NCBI GenBank assembly: GCA_017940255.1
Contig: JAGAZB010000009.1
Span: 113,167-177,166, forward strand
Direction: 5' to 3'
DNA length: 64,000 nucleotides
From: Treponema sp.
GTDB taxonomy: Bacteria > Spirochaetota > Spirochaetia > Treponematales > Treponemataceae
In this document: piece by piece, positions 37,286 through 46,030 of the stretch
Numbering within the stretch: the first letter of the stretch is position 1
How the letters are laid out: each line of letters begins with the position of its first letter
The notes under the pieces: generated by a model
The model's database searches: none
The model's input: the letters and a program-made list of their open reading frames with translations, nothing else
Told to the model about the DNA's origin: nothing
Translations under genes and position numbers: made by a program

Positions 37286-37719
37286 TGGAAGGAATGGCAG
37301 TTGTCAGCACTATGGATAAGGTACTCACAACTCTTGGCATAAGTGGAACTCTCATAGTAATGGGAGTGATTGCCTTTTTTGTGATTAAGGAAGTTAAGAA
37401 AGCCAACGAGCTTACACAGAAAGCCGTAGACAGTTTAAAAGTTTCTACGGCTAATCAGATAAAGGAACTGAAGGATTCAACGGAAAAGAAATTCGCTGAT
37501 TTACAGGCGCATTCAGACGCGCACGATGAAGCAATAGAGAAACGCCTTGAACAGGCTGAAAATGACATAAAGTATCTTGAACAGAACGGCGTAACAAAAG
37601 AAATGCTATACAGGGAAACCGAAGGCTGGCGCAGCGAGATTCAGCTCGTAAGAACTGAAATAAGCAAGCTGCCTTTTGAAATACTTAGACTTACAGAGGG
37701 AAGAAAGAATGAAAAATAA
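37285..37719 (+). CDS. Membrane-anchored coiled-coil protein (Mu gp25-like position)
   Basis: TM helix then coiled coil; ATG 37285. Confidence 0.6.
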   Translation: MEGMAVVSTMDKVLTTLGISGTLIVMGVIAFFVIKEVKKANELTQKAVDSLKVSTANQIKELKDSTEKKFADLQAHSDAHDEAIEKRLEQAENDIKYLEQNGVTKEMLYRETEGWRSEIQLVRTEISKLPFEILRLTEGRKNEK

Positions 37720-38002
37720 CATGCTCAGAGGAAAAATCTTAAGACTGCTTTCAGACATGTACCCGGATGGAATTGAGCGCACATCTCTTGTTGGAATCTA
37801 CCATGCCTATGAGCATGTGGATGATATAGACAAATCTGTCGCTTACCTCATTGATAAAGGTTACTGTTCAAAGACAGAAACACCGCATCCATATAAGGCG
37901 AATATGTTCGTTACCTATTACAAAATTACTCCAAAAGGAATTGACCTTATAGACGGCAACTGCGAGCCGGATATGGGTATTCTCATTCCGTCGGAGGCTT
38001 AA
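37709..38002 (+). CDS. Winged-helix protein (Mu gp26-like)
   Basis: LRGKILRLL...AYLIDKGY...ITPKGIDLIDG...GI. Confidence 0.7.
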   Translation: MKNNMLRGKILRLLSDMYPDGIERTSLVGIYHAYEHVDDIDKSVAYLIDKGYCSKTETPHPYKANMFVTYYKITPKGIDLIDGNCEPDMGILIPSEA

Positions 38003-38003
38003 T

Positions 38004-38540
38004 ATGGGACGTAAGGCAAAGGCAACCGAAAACGGACTTGTAGAGCTTATTGTTGATAAATGGGATGGCGGCAAAAATACAATCGTTTATGTTACCGAAG
38101 AGGTAAATAAAATCCTTGAAGAAAAAGGGCTTCACGTTACTTTTTCGCGTGAATCAATAAGACGTGTAATCAAAAGCCACGAAGAAGAAATTGCAGACAC
38201 AAAGAAGGCTGTAGAAGCTGCAAAGGCAATGGCTGAGGTTTTCGCAGATAATCCTGGAACAGAAGTTGCAGAAGCAATGACAATGCATCTTTCAACCCTG
38301 ATTGCAAAGGATTTGCGTACTGTAGACAGCCTTGAGTTTGACGACCCGGAAAAACTTGTAAGTTCTGCAAGCCGCATTGCAGAAACTCAGCTCAAACTCA
38401 GCCAGGCACGAATGAAAGCCGTTAAGGCTTTAGACAAAGCAAAACAGCAGCTTAAAGACGAACTTTCAAAAGAAATACAGAGCGATCCTGAACTTCTTTC
38501 TAAGCTCTGTTCAATAATCGATAAAACGGAAATTAAATAA
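38004..38540 (+). CDS. Terminase small subunit (Mu gp27-like)
   Basis: MGRK N-terminus; SRESIRR; helical; precedes the large subunit. Confidence 0.75.
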   Translation: MGRKAKATENGLVELIVDKWDGGKNTIVYVTEEVNKILEEKGLHVTFSRESIRRVIKSHEEEIADTKKAVEAAKAMAEVFADNPGTEVAEAMTMHLSTLIAKDLRTVDSLEFDDPEKLVSSASRIAETQLKLSQARMKAVKALDKAKQQLKDELSKEIQSDPELLSKLCSIIDKTEIK

Positions 38541-40082
38541 ATGAGCGAACTCATAAAGGAACTTGCAGGACAGAATAGAAGTGTACTCGAAAAGCAGAAG
38601 CGCATGAAACAGGCTGAAAATGATTTCGGCTTTTTCTGTCGTTACTATCTTTCTGATTATTTCTACGAGGATCCTGCAGAATACCAGAAGATTCTTTATG
38701 ACGTTGCCAATACACGAAGCCTTACAAAAGACATGGCGGACACACTCAAGCCGTTCGTCAGAGAAAAATATGCAAACTTACTCAAACCTACAGAAAAATT
38801 ATCAGGAGCAATGTTCATAGAGCCTCGTGAGCACGGTAAGACGGTCCGCTGGTCTTTTGCTTATGTACTCTGGTGCGCTATTACTAAACGTGCCCGTTAT
38901 GTGCTTTTGATTGGAGCTTCCGGCGACGCTGCAGGAGAAAACCTCGGAAACATCAAAACCGAAATAGAGGAAAATGAGCGCATACTCAAAGACTACGGCG
39001 AACTCCAGGGCGACTGCTGGACCAATCACCGCCTTGAGCTTACAAACGGAACTTGTATCCAGAGTAAAGGTAGCGGCGCTTCCATGCGTGGTACTCGTTT
39101 CAGACAGTTCCGTCCTGATCTTATCGTTATAGATGATGTACTCAAAGACGAAGCAATCAACAGTCCGACACAGAGAAACAAAATCCACCGCTGGCTCAAG
39201 CGCGTCGTTTTCAACCTTGGTAAGAAAGCTTTCATAATATGGGTTAACACGATTTTCCACAATGACGACCCTATAAGCCGCCTGTGCCGAGAGTGCGAAG
39301 CAGGAACACTGGTCAACTGGATAGCCGTGCGACTTTCCTGCATCCGTGAAGACGGAACACCGCTCTGGCCGGAGTACTGGGATATACAGAGCCTTGAAGA
39401 CAAGAAGAAGACAATCGGCGTTGCTGCATTCTCTACAGAATACATGAATGAACCTCTAGCAGACGAAGAGCGAATCATTCAGATGGAATGGATAGACGCG
39501 TTCAGATATTCAGAGCTTCCGCCACGCAGTCAGCTTCAGTTCTTTCTGGGAGTTGACCCTGCAACCGGCGCACACGATGGCACTGCTGAAGTTCCGATTG
39601 CCCGTGACAAAGAAAGCGGAATAATCTATGTGCTTCCGTGCTTCTCTCAGGCATGCTCAGAACAGCAGACACTGGCAGAAATGGAAGTGCTGTATAAAGC
39701 TTATCACTTTGCCGCTATCGGCTGGGAAAATGTTGTTTTCTCCGGCATTTACGGCAAGTACATTCAGAAGCTTGGAATTGAAAAAGGGCTTTACTTCCCG
39801 ATTCAGCTTATAGGAGTTGGTTCTACTCCAAAGGAAATGAGAATCCGTTCTTACTCTATGTTAGTTCAGAATGGCTTTATCCGTTTCCCTACAAAAGGAT
39901 GTGAGAACATCATCACACAGCTTACAGAGTTCCCTATGGGAGCCTTCGACGACTTATGTGATGGCCTTTACCTTGCAATTAAAGCAGCAGAAAAAGGAAG
40001 CACAGGAAACGTCGCAATCAGTTCAATTTCAAGACAATTAAAGACCGCCGCAAACAGAATCATCGGCAGGGCAAGGAGATAG
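38541..40082 (+). CDS. Terminase large subunit
   Basis: PREHGKT, RPDLIVIDD, GVDPA, FPMGAFDDLCD motifs. Confidence 0.93.
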   Translation: MSELIKELAGQNRSVLEKQKRMKQAENDFGFFCRYYLSDYFYEDPAEYQKILYDVANTRSLTKDMADTLKPFVREKYANLLKPTEKLSGAMFIEPREHGKTVRWSFAYVLWCAITKRARYVLLIGASGDAAGENLGNIKTEIEENERILKDYGELQGDCWTNHRLELTNGTCIQSKGSGASMRGTRFRQFRPDLIVIDDVLKDEAINSPTQRNKIHRWLKRVVFNLGKKAFIIWVNTIFHNDDPISRLCRECEAGTLVNWIAVRLSCIREDGTPLWPEYWDIQSLEDKKKTIGVAAFSTEYMNEPLADEERIIQMEWIDAFRYSELPPRSQLQFFLGVDPATGAHDGTAEVPIARDKESGIIYVLPCFSQACSEQQTLAEMEVLYKAYHFAAIGWENVVFSGIYGKYIQKLGIEKGLYFPIQLIGVGSTPKEMRIRSYSMLVQNGFIRFPTKGCENIITQLTEFPMGAFDDLCDGLYLAIKAAEKGSTGNVAISSISRQLKTAANRIIGRARR

Positions 40083-40085
40083 AAA

Positions 40086-41294
40086 ATGGCAAAACCTACA
40101 AAGAAAGAAATGCAGTCTCAGATTATTACCGACAGCGTATTAAACTTCATAAGCTATATGCCGAATCCTGATGACATTGCAAGCGGCACTTGGGAAAGCT
40201 ACGAAACCTACCGCAAGATGAAGAAGGACCCGCGCATTAAGTCTCTCTTAAATCTTCTTAAAGCCGGAAGCTTGAACTTTCCGCTGCATATCGTTCAGGA
40301 TGAATCAGACGAAAAGGTTTATGATTTTATTAAGGGCTTGCAGCTCTTCAAGAATCCTCACAAGAAAATGAAGCGTATGCTCACTGCCTTGGACTACGGT
40401 TTTTCTGTTTCTGAACTTATCTGGAAAATTGACGGCTCTACTTACAAGCCGGATAATTTCATCACAAGAAAGCCGGAGCGTTTTCACTTCAACAGAAGCT
40501 GGGATTTGTTTCTGAACAACACGAACCAGAAACTTGACCAGGATTACAAGTGGCTTATTTATCAGCATGATCCTGATGATGAAAACCCATACGGTACATC
40601 TGTTCTGCGCTGCGTTTACTGGGCGTGGTGCTTTAAGGAAGCCGGCTATGATTTCTGGCTGCAGGCTACAGAGAAGTTTTCCGTTAAGTCTCTGCTCGCT
40701 CTGTTTGAGTGCGATGGAGACGATAACAAGGTTCGTGAACGCGCAAATCTTATTGCAGAAATGCTCATGGGAATTACTTCCGGCTCAGCTGCAAGCGTTG
40801 GAAACGTAAAAGAAATTAAAGACATTGGAATGACAGGCGACCTCTCGCACTTTAAGGAACTTGTAGAAGCCTGCGACACTCAGATTTCTTACGGCCTTAC
40901 AGGTCAGAGCATTGCAACTTCAACAACAAACGGCGGCTCTCTTGCCCTGGGAGAAGTTCAGGCAGATTTGCTTTTTGAAGACTGTAAGAGCGTAGCCCTT
41001 GAGCTTCAAAGCGTTCTCCAGAAGATTATCGACTGGACTGTTGAGCTGAACTTTGGAAGCGAGGCGGCAGCACCTCAGATTATGTTTGACGTAGATCGTC
41101 GTGCCAGCTTTGACGATGTTATGAAAGCAATCGACAGAAAGTTTCCGGTTTCAAAATCTGCCTTGTATTCTTACTACGGAGTGCCGGAGCCAAAAGACGA
41201 AGACGACGCTTTTGTAATGCCTGGCGGTTCCGAAGTAATGCTCAGCGATTCAGGCAAGCCAAAAGAAGTAAAAAAAAACTTTCGATTTTCCTAG
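40086..41294 (+). CDS. Portal protein (Mu gp29-like)
   Basis: DPRIKS, ALDYGFSVSELIW, NPYGTSVL, GLTGQ...GSLALGEVQ motifs. Confidence 0.92.
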   Translation: MAKPTKKEMQSQIITDSVLNFISYMPNPDDIASGTWESYETYRKMKKDPRIKSLLNLLKAGSLNFPLHIVQDESDEKVYDFIKGLQLFKNPHKKMKRMLTALDYGFSVSELIWKIDGSTYKPDNFITRKPERFHFNRSWDLFLNNTNQKLDQDYKWLIYQHDPDDENPYGTSVLRCVYWAWCFKEAGYDFWLQATEKFSVKSLLALFECDGDDNKVRERANLIAEMLMGITSGSAASVGNVKEIKDIGMTGDLSHFKELVEACDTQISYGLTGQSIATSTTNGGSLALGEVQADLLFEDCKSVALELQSVLQKIIDWTVELNFGSEAAAPQIMFDVDRRASFDDVMKAIDRKFPVSKSALYSYYGVPEPKDEDDAFVMPGGSEVMLSDSGKPKEVKKNFRFS

Positions 41295-42739
41295 CAGACT
41301 CTGATTCCTTCAAACGCGAACTTGCAAACATCCGCGAGCTCGACAGCCTTTGCGTTCTTGCGGCAACAGCCATAAAACCACACCTTAAAGACATCCTCAC
41401 AGACTATTTAAACTCAGTTAAAACAGCCGATAAAGAAGCTCTTGAAAAGCCTTTCTACAGCCCCGCAAGTGTCGAAATGGTTGCCGCAATAGAAAAGCTT
41501 ATCGGCTCTTCTTACATGTTAGGGCTTATCCATGCAGAAGAAGAAAATCCTGACTACAAGATAAATGCTGCTGATGAAACAGAGATTCCAGAAATTCCGT
41601 TTAACGAGGCTATGCAGTTCCTGAAGTCTAAGGTACCTATGAGTAAGGCGGAGTGGCTTGAACTTGAACCGAAGCTGAGATTCAGAGCTTTTACGGTGGC
41701 AAATATAAGTAGCCTGGACATGATAGAGAGCATGAAGCATGTTCTTATCGGTGCCTTGGAAAAAGGCGAATCATACAGCGAGACCTGGGAAACAATGAAA
41801 AAAATCTTGGATGATGATGTTATGAAAATCCGTCCCGGACTCTGGGAAAATATTTTCCGAACAAACACACAGACTGCATACATTGCCGGAAAACTCCAGC
41901 AATACGAAAACTCAAATGTCGCAGCTTATCAGCTGATGGTCATTGAGGATGGAAGAACAAGTAAAATCTGCCGCCACCTTCTCACCGCAAGCGGCTATGG
42001 AATGATAATCTCTGTAGATCATCCATTCTGGAAAAAATACGGATTTCCGCCATATCACTTCCAGTGCAGAACATCTATCCGCGCCATCTGGCCGTCGCAG
42101 GTCGGAAAACTCGGAAACATGGTTGAGAATCCAACGATGAAGAGCCTTTCAAAGTTCAAGGTGCAGGAAGGGTTCGGTGGTAATCCGCTTGATAACGGCA
42201 ACTGGTGGATGATGACTCCTCAGCAGATGGAACGTGCAATAAAGTATGGATGTCTCAACAGATTCAATCGTGAAGAGAATATTTTTGCAGACTATGACAA
42301 GGTTTGGAAAGGTTATACGCGCCACGAAGGAAAGAATGGCGGATGGTATGATTTGTATGAGACACCACCTGATGATTGGGAGGGAGGCACACATCCTGCA
42401 AAACCTATAGTTGATTTCTTAGTTGAAAATGGTTATAAAATCAAGGTTTTGCCAGATATACAGAATATTCCTGAAAAGTATCATATCGAATGGTCTAATC
42501 CAGATATTTTAATAAACGGACTTTTAGCTGACATTAAGACAGTTGAAAGTTCAATCGTTTCAAGATTGAAAAGTGCAAAAAAACAACATGTTAGCCATGT
42601 TGTTTTAAAAATTCCAGATACTTTTACAGAAGATGATATTGACGAAGGCTTTCAGAAATTCAAAAAAGATTATCATACTTATATGGATATCCTGTATATT
42701 TATAAAAATCAGATATTCCATAAAATCTTACAGGCATAA
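41270..42739 (+). CDS. MuF (Mu gp30-like) head protein with C-terminal PD-(D/E)XK nuclease domain; probably reached by -1 frameshift from portal (first ATG 41477)
   Basis: RAFTVA, IFRTNTQTAYIAG, DGRT...C, PPYHFQCRT MuF motifs; NPDILINGLLADIK tip; frame open upstream through the A9 run. Confidence 0.85.
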   Translation, partial: KKKLSIFLADSDSFKRELANIRELDSLCVLAATAIKPHLKDILTDYLNSVKTADKEALEKPFYSPASVEMVAAIEKLIGSSYMLGLIHAEEENPDYKINAADETEIPEIPFNEAMQFLKSKVPMSKAEWLELEPKLRFRAFTVANISSLDMIESMKHVLIGALEKGESYSETWETMKKILDDDVMKIRPGLWENIFRTNTQTAYIAGKLQQYENSNVAAYQLMVIEDGRTSKICRHLLTASGYGMIISVDHPFWKKYGFPPYHFQCRTSIRAIWPSQVGKLGNMVENPTMKSLSKFKVQEGFGGNPLDNGNWWMMTPQQMERAIKYGCLNRFNREENIFADYDKVWKGYTRHEGKNGGWYDLYETPPDDWEGGTHPAKPIVDFLVENGYKIKVLPDIQNIPEKYHIEWSNPDILINGLLADIKTVESSIVSRLKSAKKQHVSHVVLKIPDTFTEDDIDEGFQKFKKDYHTYMDILYIYKNQIFHKILQA

Positions 42740-42853
42740 AAAAAAGAGCGGTCTAGGACTGCTCTTTTGAAGTGATCGGGGTATCATCAGCTACTTTCGT
42801 AGGGTTGCCTCAACCTTGTATATTAAATATACCACATTCCCCGGAAAATGCAA
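42737..42853 (-). ncRNA. Candidate ~80-nt small RNA convergent with MuF, with its own promoter and terminator
   Basis: TTGCAT-16 nt-TATATT (TG-extended) promoter; short hairpins including CTAC-GAAA-GTAG; terminal stem plus T-run. Confidence 0.45.
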
Positions 42854-42877
42854 GAGTTTTTCGGGGCTTTTTTAATT

Positions 42878-42917
42878 TGCCTTTAATTCATCATTCAATT
42901 AAATCAACTGTTATTCT
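42878..42917 (+). promoter_or_regulatory. Phage promoter motif copy
   Basis: TGCC-TTTAA-TTCATC-19 nt-TATTCT. Confidence 0.65.
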
Positions 42918-43012
42918 TAAGAAACTATTTTCAACAGGATGTTTGCTTCTACTCATCCAGAGGGAAATGTATTGCCGTACAGTTCCCTCTTTTTTAAGGA
43001 TAATTTGGCCCC

Positions 43013-43774
43013 ATGACAGAAGAGTTTCTTAAAAAGTTTGACCAGGCAATTGAGAATAAATCAGAAATAGAGTTCTTCAAGCTCGCTACAAAAATATGCC
43101 GGAAATATGCCTATTATTATTCACACCTAAACAAGAATATTACAGAAGACTGGGAATTAACCGCTGATGAATCAGTGCTTAAAGTTTTGGAGTTGGTAAA
43201 GAATGACAACTGGTTTCATACTCCGAATTATTATTTCGGCTGCCTGAAAAATGAAGTAAAATGGAATCATCTTAGATACCTGAAAGAACACGGCCATGAG
43301 TTCAGCCTGGAGCAAATTACAACTGATTCAGACGGAAACAATTTCGCAGGCTCTATAGAACTTGTTCCTGTAAAAGAAGAGAGAACATATCAACAGGAAA
43401 TAGAACTAAAAGCTGTACGAAAAATTCTTGAACTTGCTGATGATTTTAAGCCGCGTAAAGTATGTGAAATTGAATCCGGCATAGAGCATAAAACCTTTTT
43501 ACGTTTAATCAGAGTCTGGAATATTCAGTTTGATAATGGAGCTACAAGACGTTTTCTTGAATGTATGAAAGTTTATAATGTTTATAAAACTTTAGATTAT
43601 GATCTGAGTTTAACAAGAACATATTTTCGAGGAACGCAGCTTCCTTTCAGAGCAAAGACATGTATTTCTCTTGCCGAAGAATACCTGAAACTTTTTAAGG
43701 AAAACAGACAGGTCTTTATGAATAGATTTGTTTATCCGCCAAATAAAACACGCTGGTGTGAAAAAATCAGATAA
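43013..43774 (+). CDS. Hypothetical protein, possibly sigma-factor-like
   Basis: 253 aa; N-terminal spacing weakly resembles sigma region 2. Confidence 0.6.
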   Translation: MTEEFLKKFDQAIENKSEIEFFKLATKICRKYAYYYSHLNKNITEDWELTADESVLKVLELVKNDNWFHTPNYYFGCLKNEVKWNHLRYLKEHGHEFSLEQITTDSDGNNFAGSIELVPVKEERTYQQEIELKAVRKILELADDFKPRKVCEIESGIEHKTFLRLIRVWNIQFDNGATRRFLECMKVYNVYKTLDYDLSLTRTYFRGTQLPFRAKTCISLAEEYLKLFKENRQVFMNRFVYPPNKTRWCEKIR

Positions 43775-43780
43775 ACAATC

Positions 43781-43820
43781 TGCCTTAATTTAATCGTTAT
43801 TTCTATTTCTAATATATTCT
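43781..43820 (+). promoter_or_regulatory. Phage promoter motif copy
   Basis: TGCC-TTAAT-TTAATC-19 nt-TATTCT. Confidence 0.6.
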
Positions 43821-43907
43821 AAAAGCATAAGCATTCCTCCTGATGGGCTTATAAAAACTAGGTTAAGGCTGTACCAGAGCCTTAACCGCTTTTACAGGAA
43901 GAGAGAA

Positions 43908-44201
43908 TTGAAAATCTATATAGCTGGAAAAATATCCGGCGACAGAAACTACAAAAAGAAATTTAAAAAAGCAGAACGTGCCCTGAAGAAAAAAGGACAC
44001 TCAGTTATGAATCCTGCATGGCTTGTAGAATACAAAGCGTTTTCCTGGATAGATTATATGATTGTTTCAGAAGCAATGCAGCGCAGATGTGAGGCAGTGC
44101 TATTTCTTCCAGATTGGAAACAGAGCGACGGCGCAAGAATCGAACACAACCGCGCAAAAAATGCAAGACAAAAGATTTTCTACTCACTAAATGACCTCTG
44201 A
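43908..44201 (+). CDS. DUF4406-like (nucleoside deoxyribosyltransferase-like) protein
   Basis: KIYIAGKISG...VMNPA...LPDWKQSDGARIE. Confidence 0.85.
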   Translation: MKIYIAGKISGDRNYKKKFKKAERALKKKGHSVMNPAWLVEYKAFSWIDYMIVSEAMQRRCEAVLFLPDWKQSDGARIEHNRAKNARQKIFYSLNDL

Positions 44202-44206
44202 TTTTC

Positions 44207-44246
44207 TGCCTAATTTTCATCACAAAAAAACATTCTAAAATATACT
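44207..44246 (+). promoter_or_regulatory. Phage promoter motif copy
   Basis: TGCC-TAATT-TTCATC-19 nt-TATACT. Confidence 0.65.
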
Positions 44247-44361
44247 GATTTCATAAAACAGAACAGCGTCGCCGGATTCCCCACTCAGCGAGGCTGCTTT
44301 GGCAACCTATTTAGGCTGCGGACTTGTGGGGAGTTCGCAACCTTTTTTTTTTGGAGGCACA

Positions 44362-44460
44362 ATGTTTGAAGAACAATTCAAAGCTATAATCGCTTTTGTT
44401 ATCGGATTTTTTATCACAGTTCCGTTTGCAATTTGGAAGTGGAGTAATGCTTGCATCTAG
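44362..44460 (+). CDS. 32-aa hydrophobic peptide
   Basis: GGAGG RBS; MFEEQFKAIIAFVIGFFITVPFAIWKWSNACI. Confidence 0.5.
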   Translation: MFEEQFKAIIAFVIGFFITVPFAIWKWSNACI

Positions 44461-44520
44461 CAAAACATTGAAAGCCTTTTATCAAGAACTTAAGGAAAAA
44501 CTGGAATAAAGGAGCCGTTA

Positions 44521-44712
44521 ATGAAGAAACGTAAACGAAATCGCCCGTTCATAGAGTGGTATGAAAGAAAAGGTTGCGGTTATCAAAATTGCATAGGAAA
44601 AACTGAAGAAGAAAAGCTGGAATTAGCATTTGTTGAAGGTATGAAAGTCGTTCTGACTTGTATAGATAAGTATCAAAAATCAACAAAGGAAATGCTTTTT
44701 TTGAAGGAGTAA
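44521..44712 (+). CDS. Hypothetical protein
   Basis: AAGGAG RBS. Confidence 0.6.
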   Translation: MKKRKRNRPFIEWYERKGCGYQNCIGKTEEEKLELAFVEGMKVVLTCIDKYQKSTKEMLFLKE

Positions 44713-44715
44713 ATA

Positions 44716-45006
44716 ATGGGTATTGAAGTTGGTATAAGCATAAAATCGCATGGAAAAAGACTTTTCTTTCAAGATTTAAAAATTGGTGAACTTGTACTTG
44801 CTGATTATTCAACAGATTCATTAATTGATTATAAAGTTTGCAAGATTATAAGTTTTTATGAAAACGTGGACGGAAAAAATGTTGAATTGGATGATGGCTC
44901 TAATGCACCATCTTTGGGAAATCTTACTTTTACTGAAAAAGAGCTTGCTGGAAATGATAAAAGATCGTGGCTTTTTGAGCTCCCTAAAAAAAATCGAGAG
45001 GTATAA
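44716..45006 (+). CDS. Hypothetical protein
   Basis: AAGGAG RBS. Confidence 0.65.
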   Translation: MGIEVGISIKSHGKRLFFQDLKIGELVLADYSTDSLIDYKVCKIISFYENVDGKNVELDDGSNAPSLGNLTFTEKELAGNDKRSWLFELPKKNREV

Positions 45007-45008
45007 TA

Positions 45009-45644
45009 ATGCTTACTTTTATTCTTAAAAAGAAATGGTATGAGAAGATTAAATCTGGTGAAAAGACTGTGGAATACAGAGAGTTTACCGAGTACTGGAA
45101 GACAAGAGTATATAATGCGCTTATTTCTTTAGCTCCAAATGAAAAACCGATTTGTATACTGCGATTAGGATACACAAAGCAATATATGACGGCCAAAATT
45201 TCAGAAATAGACATAGTAAACGGTAAAGAGACAGACCTTCATATTGATAGTCAAGTATATGCGTTTCATCTTTCTGAGATAAAGGAGTGTGATAACAAAA
45301 GAAGTCTGCAGAAAATGCGGATGCACAAACATCAATCCATGCTACCACCCGAAATACGGCTTCTGCTGGTGGGAAGATTCAAAACACACAATCTGTTCCA
45401 CTGCGCAAAGAAAGAAATCAAGCGCAGCAAACAAACACAACTCCGAGTAAACGACATTCTTGATTGGCAGCCATCAGAGGAGACAGAAGCATGTTTCTCT
45501 GATATGAAGCTTGATGAAGGTAAAGTTCTAATTAAAGAAGGGTGCGGATTTGAGGGAAAGATTATTCCAAAGGAGAAAGAAAAAAATGATTTATGTTATA
45601 CGGCAGACGAAATTGCTTTGAGCACAAGCAGGGAGAAAGAATGA
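45009..45644 (+). CDS. ASCH/PUA-like domain protein
   Basis: LKKKWYEKIKSGEKTVEYRE...W..R...LGY ASCH signature. Confidence 0.8.
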   Translation: MLTFILKKKWYEKIKSGEKTVEYREFTEYWKTRVYNALISLAPNEKPICILRLGYTKQYMTAKISEIDIVNGKETDLHIDSQVYAFHLSEIKECDNKRSLQKMRMHKHQSMLPPEIRLLLVGRFKTHNLFHCAKKEIKRSKQTQLRVNDILDWQPSEETEACFSDMKLDEGKVLIKEGCGFEGKIIPKEKEKNDLCYTADEIALSTSREKE

Positions 45645-45826
45645 CAACAGGAGAATTCGCAGATAAAGTATCAGCAATGCGCGAAGCACAGAAAGAATAC
45701 TTTAAATACCGTTCAAACGAGGCTTTAAAACGCTCTAAAGAACTTGAAAAACAGGTTGATTCAATCCTTTTAAGCCGAAAAAAAAGCCCCGAAAATACCT
45801 CAAAACAGGGCGAATTATTTGAATAA
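45641..45826 (+). CDS. Small phage hypothetical protein
   Basis: MREAQKEYF...SKELEKQVD...QGELF; GGAG RBS. Confidence 0.65.
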   Translation: MTTGEFADKVSAMREAQKEYFKYRSNEALKRSKELEKQVDSILLSRKKSPENTSKQGELFE

Positions 45827-45856
45827 AATTATAAAAAAACAAGGGAAAAATACCAA

Positions 45857-46030
45857 ATGAAAGAAGTGATTATTGCCGTTTTATGGCTGGTAATGGGTAT
45901 CATAAATTACAAAGTTTTCGACGAAGATGACATACTCGCATTTGCAATTTGTCTGCTATTTGCACCATTATTTTTTCCAATTACTTTGATAACAATAGCC
46001 TTAAAAATACTTTACGACATCTTCGGATAG
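45857..46030 (+). CDS. 57-aa membrane protein, last gene before the phage end
   Basis: ATG 45857 to TAG 46030; hydrophobic. Confidence 0.45.
   Translation: MKEVIIAVLWLVMGIINYKVFDEDDILAFAICLLFAPLFFPITLITIALKILYDIFG

Noticed and set aside
42783-42800. Hammerhead ribozyme (CTGATGA and CGAAA on the - strand)
   Set aside because: Only 4 nt separate GAAA from CTGATGA, leaving no room for stems I and III or a cleavage triplet.
42772-43032. 86-aa ORF as MuF immunity protein
   Set aside because: It has a GTG start without an RBS directly after a terminator-like stem and runs across two promoters and hairpins. Unlikely, though not formally excluded.
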